Of a stretch of DNA of 64,000 bases, positions 37,278 to 51,043 are shown piece by piece; the stretch's first letter is position 1; every line of letters begins with the position of its first letter. The stretch is from Lama glama (Eukaryota). The stretch lies in NCBI GenBank assembly GCA_028534125.1, contig CM052832.1:14634001-14698000 (forward strand), written 5' to 3'. A program made the translations under genes and the position numbers. The notes below the pieces were generated by a model. That model saw nothing but the letters and a program-made list of their open reading frames with translations, had not been told where the DNA came from and searched no databases.

Positions 37278-40200
37278 TCGTCCGTCCATTCGAGGACTGA
37301 TAGGAAAAAGGGAAGAATATTATGGAGGAGGACAAGTGAGTACGGTAAGAAAGATGACTTTCCGATGAGTTGGGCCGGGGGAGGGTGGGGTGGGATCTAC
37401 TAATGAGAGATCGGAAGTGCTAGACCTGAGGCAGCGTCTGGGAAAAACCTTAGGAAAAGTGAAGGAGTGGAGATTCCCTTGCGGGAGGGAACTCTTTATG
37501 GGGATTGTAAATCTCGCTCCAGAAAGCGGGAATGAAGAGGGGCTTATCCAGAGGAGTTTAGGAAAGAAAACTGGGTTGGTAGATGATTAGAAAAATGGAG
37601 AACTTGACTTAGGCTAGGAACCAGGTCTTTTTGACATGGAGTCTCCTTGTAGAAAACTGAATTGGGACGATGAAACTTAGACTAAAGGAGTGTCTCTTGG
37701 CTTTGGATTTAGCACTTGCTCTTTCTGATAAGTAGGGCTTCCCCTTTTTCTCTGAGGAGGGGGTTGTTGAGTTCATTCAGGATGAGTGATAAAGTGGAGA
37801 CCATTAGACTTCCTTTAAAAGGATTTCAGGTAAAACAACTCATCTTTCTTTGGTCAGAAAGCCATGAGATGAGTGCCCTTTGCTCTCTGTGTTGGGCATT
37901 CAGTTCCCTGGCATGTGGAATCTTGTTTCTCTTGGCATCACTTATACAACCTGCCTCCCCTTTATTTCATGTCCACTGAATGCCTCAGGCAATGCCAGAA
38001 AAAGAAGCCTAGTCTTTATCCCACTCCCCATCAAGCCCTATCCTGAGTGATGCTAATCTTGCTCTTCGGAGCCTTGTAGCTGTGGTGGCACCAAAGGTGA
38101 TGTGAATTTTTTTTCTGTGCAGCATCATTGGTAGGTACTACTGTTTTATCTTTAAAGATGATTGTTACAGTGAAAATGGGATTGAGTTTCTAGATGTTCA
38201 GAAAACTTTGAATGCAGGAAATAGTCTTCATAATTAAAGCAGCATTTGGGATCCCTACTTGTATCTTTTATGTCCACATGATCTCAGACAGGGACTACTA
38301 CAGCCTGCAGTAGTTTTCTGAACACCAGCCTATGTGTTTGATAGAGAGTGACAGGGGTTATTGAAAACACTCGGAAGAGGTATTGCATTGGTGAAATTTA
38401 GAAGTAAAACTGTATCTTGAGGAGGATTGTATCCTGCCTGCCTGCTTCCCATCCCCAGCTCTTTTTCTTCCTGTTTACACTAGTTCATTATAGGAAACTT
38501 GGCATTTTGTTGCTGCTAGTTTGGTAGGGGAGGATTATTATTTCTCCCCACCCCCTTGTGAGTTGTACAATTGAAGTTCTGACCTAATAAGTTTTTAGTT
38601 TTTTAGAGTCAGTATTTATTAGTACAATTATAGCTACAAAACCAACGTAGTGAATTTTATATGCTCAAAGTGTGTATGTTTAACATCTGAGATTGTTTGT
38701 TTTTAGGTATTGTGAAAGGTAAGGCCCAGTGTGGATAAGGAAAAAAAATAAACATTACAGTTGCATTATAAAAATTTTATTTGAATTTTTTATAAAATTT
38801 ATTAAGCTCAACATCACAGAGTAGCATGCGTTCTGATGAGATGTTATCTCTGTATGAAACAAGGTATGATACCTTTCTTAGCAAAGGAGTGAGCCATTAA
38901 AAAAATGTATTCTGGTTTTAAAGCAGTTGAAGTCAGTAGCGTGTTAGAAACCCAGGTAATTAAGTGATAACTCAGCTGTAAGCCACATTACCTTATTTTT
39001 TGGCTGTGAAAGTCATGTTCTTTGTTTTCTTTGATTATAAAATGCAAAATTTGTGAACTGAAGGAAGTAAGGCTTGTTATTCTTTATAATGAAAGCAGTT
39101 AGCTCCGTAATCCAATATTATATTTTGATTCCTATGCTGACCTGGCTAAATTTGTCTTGTTCGATTTTTGTTTTAAACAAATACTTATCATAATTAATAA
39201 AATCTAGTTAAATTATGTGCATGCTGTGTACTTGCTCAAAATATTTGTGTGTGTTAAATAAGTATCTGGAGTCTGGAAACGTATTGTTTTTAAGTGTCAT
39301 TTAATGTCTAACTTTGGGAACTGTTGAGATAGTCCCGGTATAGGTTGGCAAAACACCTCTCAAACTGCTGTGGTTAACCTGTTGAATTTGAGATGATTAA
39401 CCTTCCTGTGACTTCATAAAAGCCTGCTTTGGGTTGTAATAAATAACCACCATTCAGTTGTCTAGTGACTGTTAAAAAATAATATGGTAAAATAAAAATG
39501 ATTATTTAAAAATGAAGGCCTTGAGACTTCTAAAATGAAACCACAGTCGGAAGGACAAAGTATGCCTTGTTTTCAAAAGTAAGAATTTATTTTCTGTTGT
39601 TTGTAACAACTTTTTAAGAAGCTGTTGAAAAATGGACAAAATTGTGAGTTTTAACCTTGTGAATTACCTACCCTGTAAACATAGGTTTTGGGGTTTTTTT
39701 TTTTTTTGCTTTTTAGTAGTAGGTTAGATGTGTACTATGTAGATATTTCTGTTTGTTTAATGTAGAACCCAGTATTGCTTCAGTTTAAGCGTTTTTGTAG
39801 TATTTATACCTCAGCTGGCAGTTGTGCTGCTGGAAATTGGTGGAATTGCCTCTTAACAAAAGTAGTCAATTTTCAGTTCCTAAGTGACTACATAAAGTGA
39901 ATAATTGGGGGTGGTGAGGGAATCCAATATCTGAAGCTAAACTGAAGTGACTTTAGTATAACTTTCTATAGGTGGAATGTCTTGCAGAGACATTCTATTG
40001 GGCTGTAAGTACAGAACTTGGAATTCTAAAACTGGATGCTGGCTTAAGATTCTCTAGTTCATTCCAGTTTTTCCTGTGGAATTGCATTTAACCTTTCCAA
40101 GATAGCTTATTCTTGCATCCCTGAGGGCAGAGATTTGCATGATACCTTGTTGTAGTGTTTAATTATCTTTCTAGTTTGAATTAATGTCAAAACTAAGTCT

Positions 40201-42049
40201 TTCTTACTGTAGTTTAAGCTTTTATCATTTGTTTGTGTCCTCCTTGGAGATGGAGAATATCTAATAAATACCTTAAGAAATCAGAAAGCTTTAATACAAA
40301 TCACTAAAATTTTTTGGTAATTTATAATTTAAACACATTTCTCATCCTTTAATGTAGACTAATAGACGTATTTTGTTTTTTCAGAGGAAACCAACAGGAT
40401 TGAGAGGAGGGATTACATATGATTTTTAAAAAGTTGTGGTGAAATATATATAACGTAGAATTTACCATTTTTAACCAATTTTAAGTGTATGGTTCAATGT
40501 TACATAAGATTTTAAATTCACCTTGTAGCCCTGAGAGTGATTTGTCTGTTAAGTTTTCAAAGTGAGTTATTTTTTAGTATTTATTACAAGACGTAAATAA
40601 CACTTTCAGATTTTTAGAGGATGTTAACGTAGGAGTTATTTCTCATTATAGGTATGAGTAAGTTATCTTTGACCAGCATATAGACAGTCTTGGTTGTTTC
40701 TCTCCCTCGTATTCATTAGGCTAGTGCTTTACCGTTTTGGTGCTGCAACACCCTAGGTTGCCTCCAGGTATCCTCAGGAAGCAGCGTGTGTTTTTTGAAA
40801 CACTACATGCCCCCCATCATGGATGGAACAGATGTTTTCTAGAAAACTCAGGAAAAACATTTTTGTAAAATAATGTCCTGTTAACTATCTCAACATTGTC
40901 AGAGACACCCTTCTGGATGAAATGAAGGTATAACCACTATGCAATGAAGTGAAATCAGAATCTAGATGTGAAAATCAATTGTACCTCTTATCTGATCTCA
41001 CAGTGCGTCTCCTGCCCGATCTTAATCTATTTCTTAGTTACCTGCATGCAAAATGAGTTTCTGATCCACTCTCTGGTTTATGTGTATGAACCTAGGGAAA
41101 GTCCTTTTATGACAGATAAAACATGATAATAATACTGGTTTCCTTTAAATTTGTGTGCCAAGCAGCAGTTTTAGGAAGAGAGTAGGGAAGGGTTGCGTAA
41201 CAGTGATAGAGTGTCGTGCGTGCTGTTGCATTTTTAAAAAGGTTGGGAGTTCTTGCTTTGGACATTCTTCTTTTCCACTTTTTCTAGTCTTTTTTGAGTG
41301 GCACACACAGGCTGGGACTCTGAGTGTAATATAAAATAATTTAGAAATAGAGCATCCAGATTCATTTTAGTTTTAAAAGAAACAGTAAAAAGTACATTGT
41401 TGTCTTGCAGGAAGTCTTTTTACTCTTCTGTTGCTGTGAGACTTGTGTTTCTCGTCATATATCAAGTCAGAACTAATCTCCAGGGTGGGTGGAGGTGTTT
41501 CTTTACCACCTCTTATCTTCCCAACTACTCTCCTGCCCTCCACAAAATTTTTCTAGCACATAACAGCAGAAACTCAACCAGACAATATGCAAATGTATTT
41601 TGGATAGACCCGTGCGCCCCAGCAGTAAGTGTAACACAAAAGCAGAAGACAGCCTTTATTATAATTTGCTCTCTAATAGGAAAAGAACATGCCTGAAACT
41701 GTGAGAGACAAAGTTTTGGGATAATAAGGAAGAAGCATTCATGTGTTAATGTTGAATTAACTGAGTAAAATTTCAAAAGAGGTAGGAATGGACTGAATTG
41801 AGCAGAATCAGTGATTCACATAGAGTGCTTGTTATGGGCAGGTTGCTTTCTTAGAAGGTTTGACACAGTTGAGGGATTTGAATTGATGGAAAAGTAGTGT
41901 AATGTAGGTAGAGGATGTTTCCCGAATGAACCATGAGGAGCAAATGGAGCAGAACTTTCTAGAAGATTGGCTTGGCTAGAATGTGGTTAATGGGATCAGG
42001 AGTGACAGGAGATGGAGCTTATTTTTATTTTTGCTTTGGAGTATTATTG

Positions 42050-43375
42050 ATTTTTTGAAAAATTGAGGTGAAATTGATGTAACATAAAATTAAACCATGG
42101 TAAAGTAAGCAATTAAGTGGCATTTAGTGTATTCACATGTGCAACCACCTCCTCTGTCTGGCCAAAACATTTTCATCATTCCAAAAGGAAACCTCACACA
42201 ATTAAGAAGTTGGTCCCCATTCCCATCAACCCTAAGACCCTGGCAACCCCCTGTCTGGATTCTTTCTCTATGGATGTTCTGGATATTTCATGTAAATGGA
42301 ATCATAAAATATTTTCCCTTTTGTGTCTGGCTTCTTTCAAGGTTTATCCATGTTGTATAGCATGTTATCAGTACTTAATTCCTTTTAATGACTATGATAT
42401 TCTAACATGTATATATGCCACAGCTTGTCCATTCATCCATTGGTGGACGTTTGAGCTGTTTCCACCTTTTGACTATTGTGAATAGTGCTGCTATGAATGT
42501 GCGTTTATGTGTATTTAAGTACCTGTTTTCAGTTCTTTGGATATATACCTAGGAGTTGAATTGCTGGATCATATAGTATTTCTGTGTTTAACTTTTTGAG
42601 GAACCACCAAACTTTTCCACAGTAGTTGAATCATTTACATTCCCCAGCAGTGTATGAGCCTGTACCAATTTTTCTACAAACTCACCAACACGTTTTCCTA
42701 TTTAAAATCATAGTGCGTATGAAGTGGTACCTCATTGTGAGATTGATTTGCATTTCTCTAATTACTAATGATATTGAATCTTTTCATATGCTTGCTGGCC
42801 ATTTGTATATCTTCTTCGGAGAAATGTCTGTTCAAGTCCTTTGCCGGTTTTAAAAATTGGATTGTGTGTCTTGTAGTTCAGTTGTAAGAGTTCTTTATAT
42901 ATTTTGGATACTGCACCCTTAACAAGTATATGATTTGCAAATGAATATTTTCTCCTATCCTGTAAGCTTTTTTTTTGTTTTTGTGTTTTTTTGGGGGGAG
43001 GTAATTAGTTTTATTTATTTAATTATTTTTTAAGTGGAGGTACTGGGGATTGAACCCAGGACCTCATGCATGCTAAGCTAAGCACATGCTCTACCACTTA
43101 AGCCACACCGTCCCTCCCTGTTTTTTCATTTTCTTGGTAATATCCTTTGGTGCATAGATGTCTTTCATTCTGATGAGGTCCAACTTAATTTTTTGTTGTT
43201 GTTGCTTGTGCTTTTGCTGTTATATCTAGTAATTCATTGCCAATCCAGGATCATGAAGATTTACCTCTATGTTTTCTTCTAGGAGTTTTATGGTTTCAGT
43301 TCTTGTATTTAGGTCACTAACCAATTTTGAGTTAATTTTTGCATATGGTTGAGATAGGAGTCCATCTTCATTCTG
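42050..43375 (-). mobile_element. L1MA/MB-type fragment in ILRUN intron 1
   Basis: Antisense L1 3' UTR and ORF2 motifs; interrupted by a SINE. Confidence 0.8.
42968..43118 (-). mobile_element. tRNA-derived camelid SINE nested in L1
   Basis: Reverse complement of the SINE consensus (ggggattgaacccagg) with poly-T on the left. Confidence 0.85.
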
Positions 43376-44891
43376 TAGAGCTTAATTTTGATCATATTAT
43401 ATGCTCTGGGACTATCTTCTCATTGACTCTGCTTTAAATATATCTTTACTTGTATTAAACATGCACTTTCTTTGGCCATCACTAAAAATTGGGCCAGAAA
43501 AGTGTGCAAGGTTTTCTTATGGAGGAAAAATTAAGCATGTTCAATTGGCACCCCAAACTTAATGTGTTCAAAAGGTCCGTTCTTCTCCCGCCCCCAACGC
43601 CCCCAGCCCTTCAGCTTTTCTTTCTGACTTTCCCTGTTCTGTTACTAGCTCACTAGCTCCAGTGGTCTTCCAGACATAAGGCTTGAACTGAATTATTTCC
43701 AATGCCCTCTCTTTCCTGAATACCTCAGATCATTTGCCCAACCCAGTTCATTTCCACTCTGCAGTGCACCTCCAAATTTGTCTTTTTTCCATTTCCCTTG
43801 CCATCAACTTAGTTTGTAGATTATGTTACCACTTTAACAGGTAACGTAGGAATAGTCTTCAAATTGGTTTTCTACACCTGGCTCTCTTCCTTCCAGTCCA
43901 TTTTGTGGACATACCACTACCAGGTCAGTCTTTCTGAAGAATTGGTTTTGATCTGGGCCCTTCTTTTCTCAGAAACCTTTGTGCCTTGTTGCATACCAGA
44001 TAAAAAACAAAGAGCTTTAGCTTGACGTTCAGGACCCTCCAAAGAGTGATCCTAACTTACCTGCCTCTACCTTTCTGGCATATCTTTGTGCTGGATATCC
44101 TGCTCCACTCTACTCCATTGAAACTGTTTTGCTGCTCATTTCCCATACATACTTTTGTTTTCCCAATTTTTATCTTTTTTTTCCCGACTGAGAATGCTGT
44201 TCCTTTATACCTCGTGAAATCCTTTTGTTTTTTTTTGAAATTGGGACACTAATCACTGTTCTTGGTAGTGCTGTCTTTGAACTCCACTCTTGCCTTTTTA
44301 ATATTTATCAGATACAGTACACACCCTGGAGAGGAAAGTACGCCATAACGCCCTTTGTTTCTCCTTAAGCATCTGATACAATGCTTTGTACATAGTAGGT
44401 GCTCAGTAGATATTTGTTGAAGTAATGCATGAAGGTAGATGGGAGTAAAGATTTCATTTTTATAGAAATCTTGAAGTCTAGTGCTGTTTGAAGAAAGCTT
44501 AGTTTATAGAACTTCTTTGTAGGTTTAATTTGAGCATGAGATTTAAATGTTGCTGATAGTTCCATACATGACATGAAAGCAAATTAAAGTTTAAATGACA
44601 ACAAGAATATTCTTTCTTAAGCAATTTGAGCCCTGTAAAGATTGGCTCCACCTTGTATAACTACCTTTCTAGGCATGTTTTCTTGAATTAAATATCATTT
44701 GTAATCAGTTTATAAGAGAATTTATTATTCAGAAAAATTAGGTAACATTTAGTTATTTAGAGTGAATGGAGAAACATATTTTGTAAGCTCTCTAAAGGTC
44801 TCCTGGATCTTTGCCAATGTGTTTTATTGAGGAAAAACTTTAAAAAGTAACATAAGTACATAGTAAGTTCAAGCAGTTTAGAAGAGTCTAA

Positions 44892-45219
44892 GTAGGAGTT
44901 GCAAACTAAAATGCCTATAGGTGCCAGGTGGAGAATACGAGCAGTTGAAGTATGTTTGAGCTGGAAAGCACTTTCCTTTTGTAAAGAGAATGTCTGATAC
45001 TTGCCTTAAGTCAAATATTGCCACACTGGAATGACGGCCTAGTGTTCTTAGATTTATCCATTTTTTCAAGAGAAGCCAGAAGTTTAGATTTTTATGGGAA
45101 ATTGCTTAATTTTCAAATGTTGGCAACTAATTTAAATATTTTTAAAACACCGTGTGGGCCAAATAGGTAGGCCACTATAGGTAGGATGTGGTCCTTGGGC
45201 TGCTAATTTGCAACCTCTG
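44892..45219. mobile_element. MER102-like hAT MITE
   Basis: Terminal inverted repeats gttgcaaa / tttgcaac; 'aaatgcctataggtgccagg' near the left end. Confidence 0.55.
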
Positions 45220-46877
45220 GACAGATACGAAAAACAGAAATCCCCTCTCCTTTCTAGATATAACCACTGCTGTTTCTTCTGTACCTTTCAGAAAATTTCC
45301 CATGTCTACAGATTCTGTGTGTATACACACACACACGCACACACACACATATATACATACACATACATAGGTAAATTTTATGCATGTGTGTATATACATA
45401 TATAAAAATTAAGTGTAATAAAAATTTTTAACAGTAGTGGTATTGCTATTTAAGTAATTGTTCTTCCTGTCCAGGGTAGTGGGTACCATAGGCCTTGTAC
45501 CTCTTTTGCTTCCGTGAGAACTGAATTAGTTGTCAAGGTACTTGGATAGGCTGATCAAATAGATATTTTTTAAAATTAACAATTCAGTGGTGAAACTAAT
45601 ATTGTAAATCAACTGTGCTTAAATAAAACACACACACACAAATCAACCCCACCCCCCAAAAAAAGGCATGCAGTGGTGGATTTGGTCTCCTCAAATTCAG
45701 TAGAAATTCCTTCACTGTACTAAGTAACAAGACTCTCATCTGGTAATTACATATAATTGTTAAAAGCTTTGTTTTCCTACGTTAAGGGCAAAATGTGTTA
45801 AGTAAACTCAAAGTAGTGAACTCATCTGAATTTACTTATGAGGTATTGTCAGAGAACATGTTTTATAAGTTGAATTTTTTCGGGACCTAGAATGTAAGAC
45901 TGAAACTTACTGAAGAGGTTTAACTGTTATTAAATCATCATGCAGGTGACACTAATACATTTTCCACTTATTGGAAGGGTAATTGATTTTGTAAGTGGTT
46001 TTCTAACAGTTTGCCAAAGTTAATGTATATCTTGAGATGGGTAGCAGTTTATTCCAAATATGGAACTCAGCTTCACTGAATTTGCTGTGCACTGGGTTTT
46101 AAAAGACTCACTTATAAAATTGAACAGTTGTGTTTTGTTATAATATTTGAGCCTTGGGTCTGTAAAGTGTTTCCAGGAGTTTGAACTTGAATTATTGTCC
46201 TTAAGGTCAGTGATTCATAGCCTATTATGGAGCAACAGCCTACTAATGATTGACTGAATGATATGCAATGTGCTGCTAAGATGCTTTCTGGTCAGCTTTT
46301 CTTTTCTAAAGTAAAATTTACTTTTTAATTTAAAAAATATGTTGATAACAGACTTTGAGTAGCGGAAATCATTAGCTGAGGGATGGGGTTTGCATACAAC
46401 TGTAACTGGGAACCACTGCCTTTTATAATATTTTAAAATAAAATAGTAACTGTTTTATTATGACATAAGCAGTTTTAATATGACATAAATCTTATTGAAT
46501 ATAAGCTAGAAATTACCATAAAGCAAAAAGAAAAAAATAAGCCATACACACAGGACCCTGAGACAAACAGTTTTAACCTTTTGATCTTCGTCTTAATATT
46601 ATTAAGTGTGTGTACCTGTGTTTGCTTTATAGAAATGAAGTATTTACTGTATTCCAGGTACTGTTTTAAGTGATTAAGTTTAATATATAATTTAATGTTC
46701 ACAATAATTCTTGGAAATAAATACTGTTATCCTCATTTTACAGAAAAAGAGAAGAAGCTCAGCAAGGTTAAATAACTTGCCTAAAGTTATGTGGGTGTAA
46801 TAAGTGGTAGAAATAGGATTCAAATGTCAGCAGTCTGGGACCAGAGTCTGTGCTCCTGATTGTTGTGTTTTACACAC

Positions 46878-47295
46878 TGTGTGGGTTTTTAGGATTGTCA
46901 TAACAAATTACCACAAACTGGGTGGCTTAAGACAAATTTATTCTGGAGGCTCAAAGTCTAAATTCAAGGCATTGGCAGGACCATGCTTCCTCTGAAGTTC
47001 TTGGGAAAGAATCCTTACCTCTTCTTAGCTTTTGATAGCTCCTGACATTTCTTGGTGTTCCTTGATTTGTAGCTGCATTTCTTCAGTCTCTGACTCAGTA
47101 GTCCCATGACCTTCTTTTTGTGTGTCTTCAAATCTCTCCCTCCTTAGAAGGACATCAGTTAGATGTGGGGCCTAACCTGATCTAGTATGACCTCATATTA
47201 ACTAATTATGTCTGCAAAGACTCTATTTCCAAATAAGGTTACGGTTCTGAGGTTCCGGGTGGACATGAATTCAGGGGGATTCTTTTCAACCAGTA
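46878..47295. mobile_element. MaLR (MLT1-type) LTR
   Basis: 'taacaaattaccacaaactgggtggcttaa...tctgcaaagactctatttccaaataaggt'. Confidence 0.75.
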
Positions 47296-49261
47296 TACAC
47301 ACTATACACACTATTTGTAATTTGTTTTCATTTAAAAATCTCTAGACCATCTCTCCACTCTTAATAAATATGATTCTACACTTTGTTTTAAAGGCTTCAC
47401 AGTATTCCTTTACATGAATATAGAATAATTAAAGAATCCCTTTGTGTTGAATATAAAAGTTGTTTTCAATTTTTTGTCAGTATTAAATATCCTTGTAGCT
47501 AAATCTTTGCTTGCATCTTAGTTGTAATTTCCGTAGAATTAATTCATAGAATTAGGTTGCTGGGCTAAAGATAAATACGGCTTTTAGTGCTCTTAATACT
47601 AAATTGCCAAATTCTTTCTCCCAAAAAGGTCAGACTAATTTGTATTTCCACCACTACTGTATAAGTGACTGTTTCTTTAATACCTCATCAATGTAGCATA
47701 TTATAATTAAAAAAATTTTTTTTAGTTTAGTAGGTGAAAAATGTGATCTTGTTTTAATTTGTATTTTGTCATTTCTAATGAGTACCTTTGTGTGCTAAAT
47801 GTCTGTTATATTTCTTTTATAAGTTGATTGAATGCACCCTTTGTCCATTTTTCCATAGGGAAGTTTGCCTTTTTGGGAAGTGGAAATATATTTTTTTTCT
47901 CCTGATTATGAAAGTAATAACATTGAATATAAAAACCCAGCAAATTTAGAAATGTCAAAGGAAGACAATAAAGCCATTTATAATGCTACTCAAAGCTAGC
48001 TAATCACTGCTATCAGTTTATTTATGTATACATATGTGTATATATAGGTCTTCATACGCATATTATATATTTTTAAGTTAAAAATATAATTATATAATAC
48101 CTATTGCTTTATAGCCTACTTTTTTACTAAGCAGATTTCTTTCCATGTCTGTTTTTCATGGCTGTTAGTATTCCATTACTTGAGTATTCTGTAACTTACT
48201 TAAGCAGCCATTATTAATTTTTTTGTTTTTCACTATTATAAATATCTGTTCACTTGTCTAATTATTTCCTTGTCTCTTCCTTAACTAATAAAAAATTGTG
48301 ACATATAATCCATGTATTTATTTAGGACAAATTCTTAGAAATGGGATTGCCAGGTCAAAGGTATGCCCTTTTGAAGGTTCTTGATAAACATTGCCAGATT
48401 GCCTCCATGAAGGATGTACCAATTAATATCTTACAGTTAGACATTAGAAAGTCTGCTTTCTGGGAATTATGATTTTTAGTTTTTGCTGAGTTTTTATTTT
48501 ATCTAATAGATAAAAAGCATAACTTGTGAAGTGTGTTCTGTTTGTGTGTGTTGGCTATTTTTTAGAGTTACATTTTTATTTTGGAGAAGAAAGTATAATG
48601 AATCCTTTGTACACATCATCTTGATTTCATAATCATTAGTATTTTGCCTTTTTTTTCATCCTTTTTCTCCACTAGAAGAACAGTATTTTAAAGGAAATTC
48701 CAGCTATGTGGTAGTTACTTTTTTTTGGTTTTTAATATGTAACAACTTTATTGAGGAATACTTTATATGTCATAAAATTCACCTATTTTAAGTGCACAAT
48801 TCAGTTATTTTTGTAAATTCATGGATTTGTATAGTCACATCATCATGATCCAGGTTTGGAACATTCCCATCGCTCCAGTAAGATTCATGCCAGTTTGTGA
48901 TCAGTCCCCATTATTACCCCAGCCCCAGGCAACCACCATTCTGTTTTGTCTTTCTGGGTTTGCCTTTTCTAGATATTTCATATAAATGTAAATTTGCAGT
49001 ATGTGGCTCCTTTCCCTTAGTACAATGTTTTCAAGTTTTATCCATATTGTAACACGTATCATATATGGAAACTTGTTGTTTCATTGCTGAATATTATTCT
49101 ACATACATTAAAAAATTATTGTTAAAAAATAATTACTCAAAGAGTAGTAAAGTTTTTCAGTGAAAATCAAGTCTTTTTCTGATGCTAGACTTCTTTCTCT
49201 TGCCAGAGGCAGTAACCACTGTCAGTCTCCTTTGTGTCTTTCCGAATGTTATTCTATATGG

Positions 49262-50149
49262 TTTTTTAAATTTATTTTTTTAATTGAAGTATAGTTCATT
49301 TACAATATTGTGTTAGTTTCTGGTGTGCGGCAAAGTGATTTAGTTATACCTATATATACACACATACTCTTTTTTATATTCTTTTCCATTATGGTTTATT
49401 ACAGGATATTGAGTATAGTTCCCTGTGTGCCACAGTAGGACCTTGTTGTTAATCTATTTTATATATAGCAGTTTGTATCTGCTAATTCCAGACTCTAAAT
49501 TTATCCATCCCCATCCTCTTTTCCCTTTGGTAGCCATAAATTTGTTTTCTACGTCTGTGAGTCTTTGTTTTGTAAATAAGTTCACTTGTGTCATATTTTA
49601 GATTCTGCACATAAGTGATATATGGTATTTGTCTTTCTCTTTCTGACTTACTTCACTTAGTATGATAATCTCTAGTTCCATCCACGTTGCTGCAAATGGC
49701 ATTATTTCATTCTTTTTTAATGACTGAGTAGTATTTCATTGTGCATATATACCACATCTTTATTCATCTGTTGAGGGACATTTAGATTGCTTCCATGTCT
49801 TGGCTATTGTAAATAGTGCTGCTATGAACATTGAGATGCCTGTATCTTTTTGAATTAGGAGTGGGATTACTGGATCATGTGGTAAGTCTATTTTTAGTTT
49901 TTTAAGGAACCTCCATAGTGTCTTCCATAGTGGGCTGCACCAGTTTACATTCCCCCTAACAGTGTAGGATGGTTCCCTTTTCTGCACACTCTCCTACATT
50001 CGTTATTTGTAGACTTTTTAATGATGGCCATTCTGAACAGTGTGAGGTTGCATCTCATTGTAGTTTCGATTTGGTATTTCTCTAGTAATTAGACATGCTG
50101 AACATCTTTTAATGTGCTATTGGCCATTTGTATGTCTTCTTTGGAGAAA
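49262..50149 (-). mobile_element. Artiodactyl/camelid L1 3' fragment
   Basis: ORF2 C-terminal peptide in ORF track (49760..49987); TSD ttattctatat at 49249-49259 and 50150-50160. Confidence 0.88.
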
Positions 50150-50999
50150 TTATTCTATATAGTTTTAATACCTGTAAATGTCTTTGCTTTTTGGTGTCTT
50201 TGTCATCTTAAAAGTTGATTTATAAATTATGTTTTACACATTTTTCCTGGTTTCCTATTTGTGTTTTAATTTCTTAAAATTTTATTTAGATACATAATCA
50301 TAAAAATAATAAATGTTTCTTGTGATAAGTTTAGGTAGTACATAAATCCCTGTTTCCCTTCCCATCTCATTCTCCAGAAGTGACCATTATTTTTCAGAGA
50401 CATTCTGTACCTTTGTAGGCATGTATTTGATCGGAGTGGTCACAGAGTCCTTATGTATATGCTAAGGAGAAGTTATCACTATACTTTCCTCCATTCTCCA
50501 TGCAGTTTTAAATCCCTCTTACCATTTTTTTTCTGAATAAGAACTGTCTTGTGTATGGATAGCTAAGTCATGAAAGTGTCCCTGATAGATGTCTTTAGGT
50601 CTTCAGGCTAGGCCTTGTTGGGAAATTTTCTCCTCCGCAATGCTTTTAAAACAAATTTTGATAGGTTATTGAGGTATGGACTTTAGGCCAAGCCACTTCA
50701 GACTTACCATCCACCTCAGTTGTCAAGAGATTTTCTAACTGGGAGAGCATGATATGTAGGTGCACCATCTTGTGTGTACAGGTCTCATCCCCTTCTTCAT
50801 ACTTTAAAACACACAAATGGAATCGTACTATACATACTATTCTTAGGTTAGCTTGTTTAACTTCACAATATGGACATCATTTTTTTTTAATGTGGATGCA
50901 CGGTATTCCATTGTGGCTGACCATATTTTATTTAACCACTTTCTTGTTTATGGACAGTTTCTAGGTATTTGCTTTTATAAAGCTGCTCTGGTATAGGTG

Positions 51000-51043
51000 T
51001 TATTTTATTTTATTTTATTTTATTTTATTTTATTTTATTTTTT
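51000..51043. repeat. (TTTTA)n pentanucleotide repeat
   Basis: Direct inspection. Confidence 0.95.

Noticed and set aside
38105..38140. 8-nt microexon-like ttttctgtgcAG|CATCATTG|GTAGGT
   Set aside because: Frameshifting, with only a moderate donor; such matches are expected by chance in a long intron.
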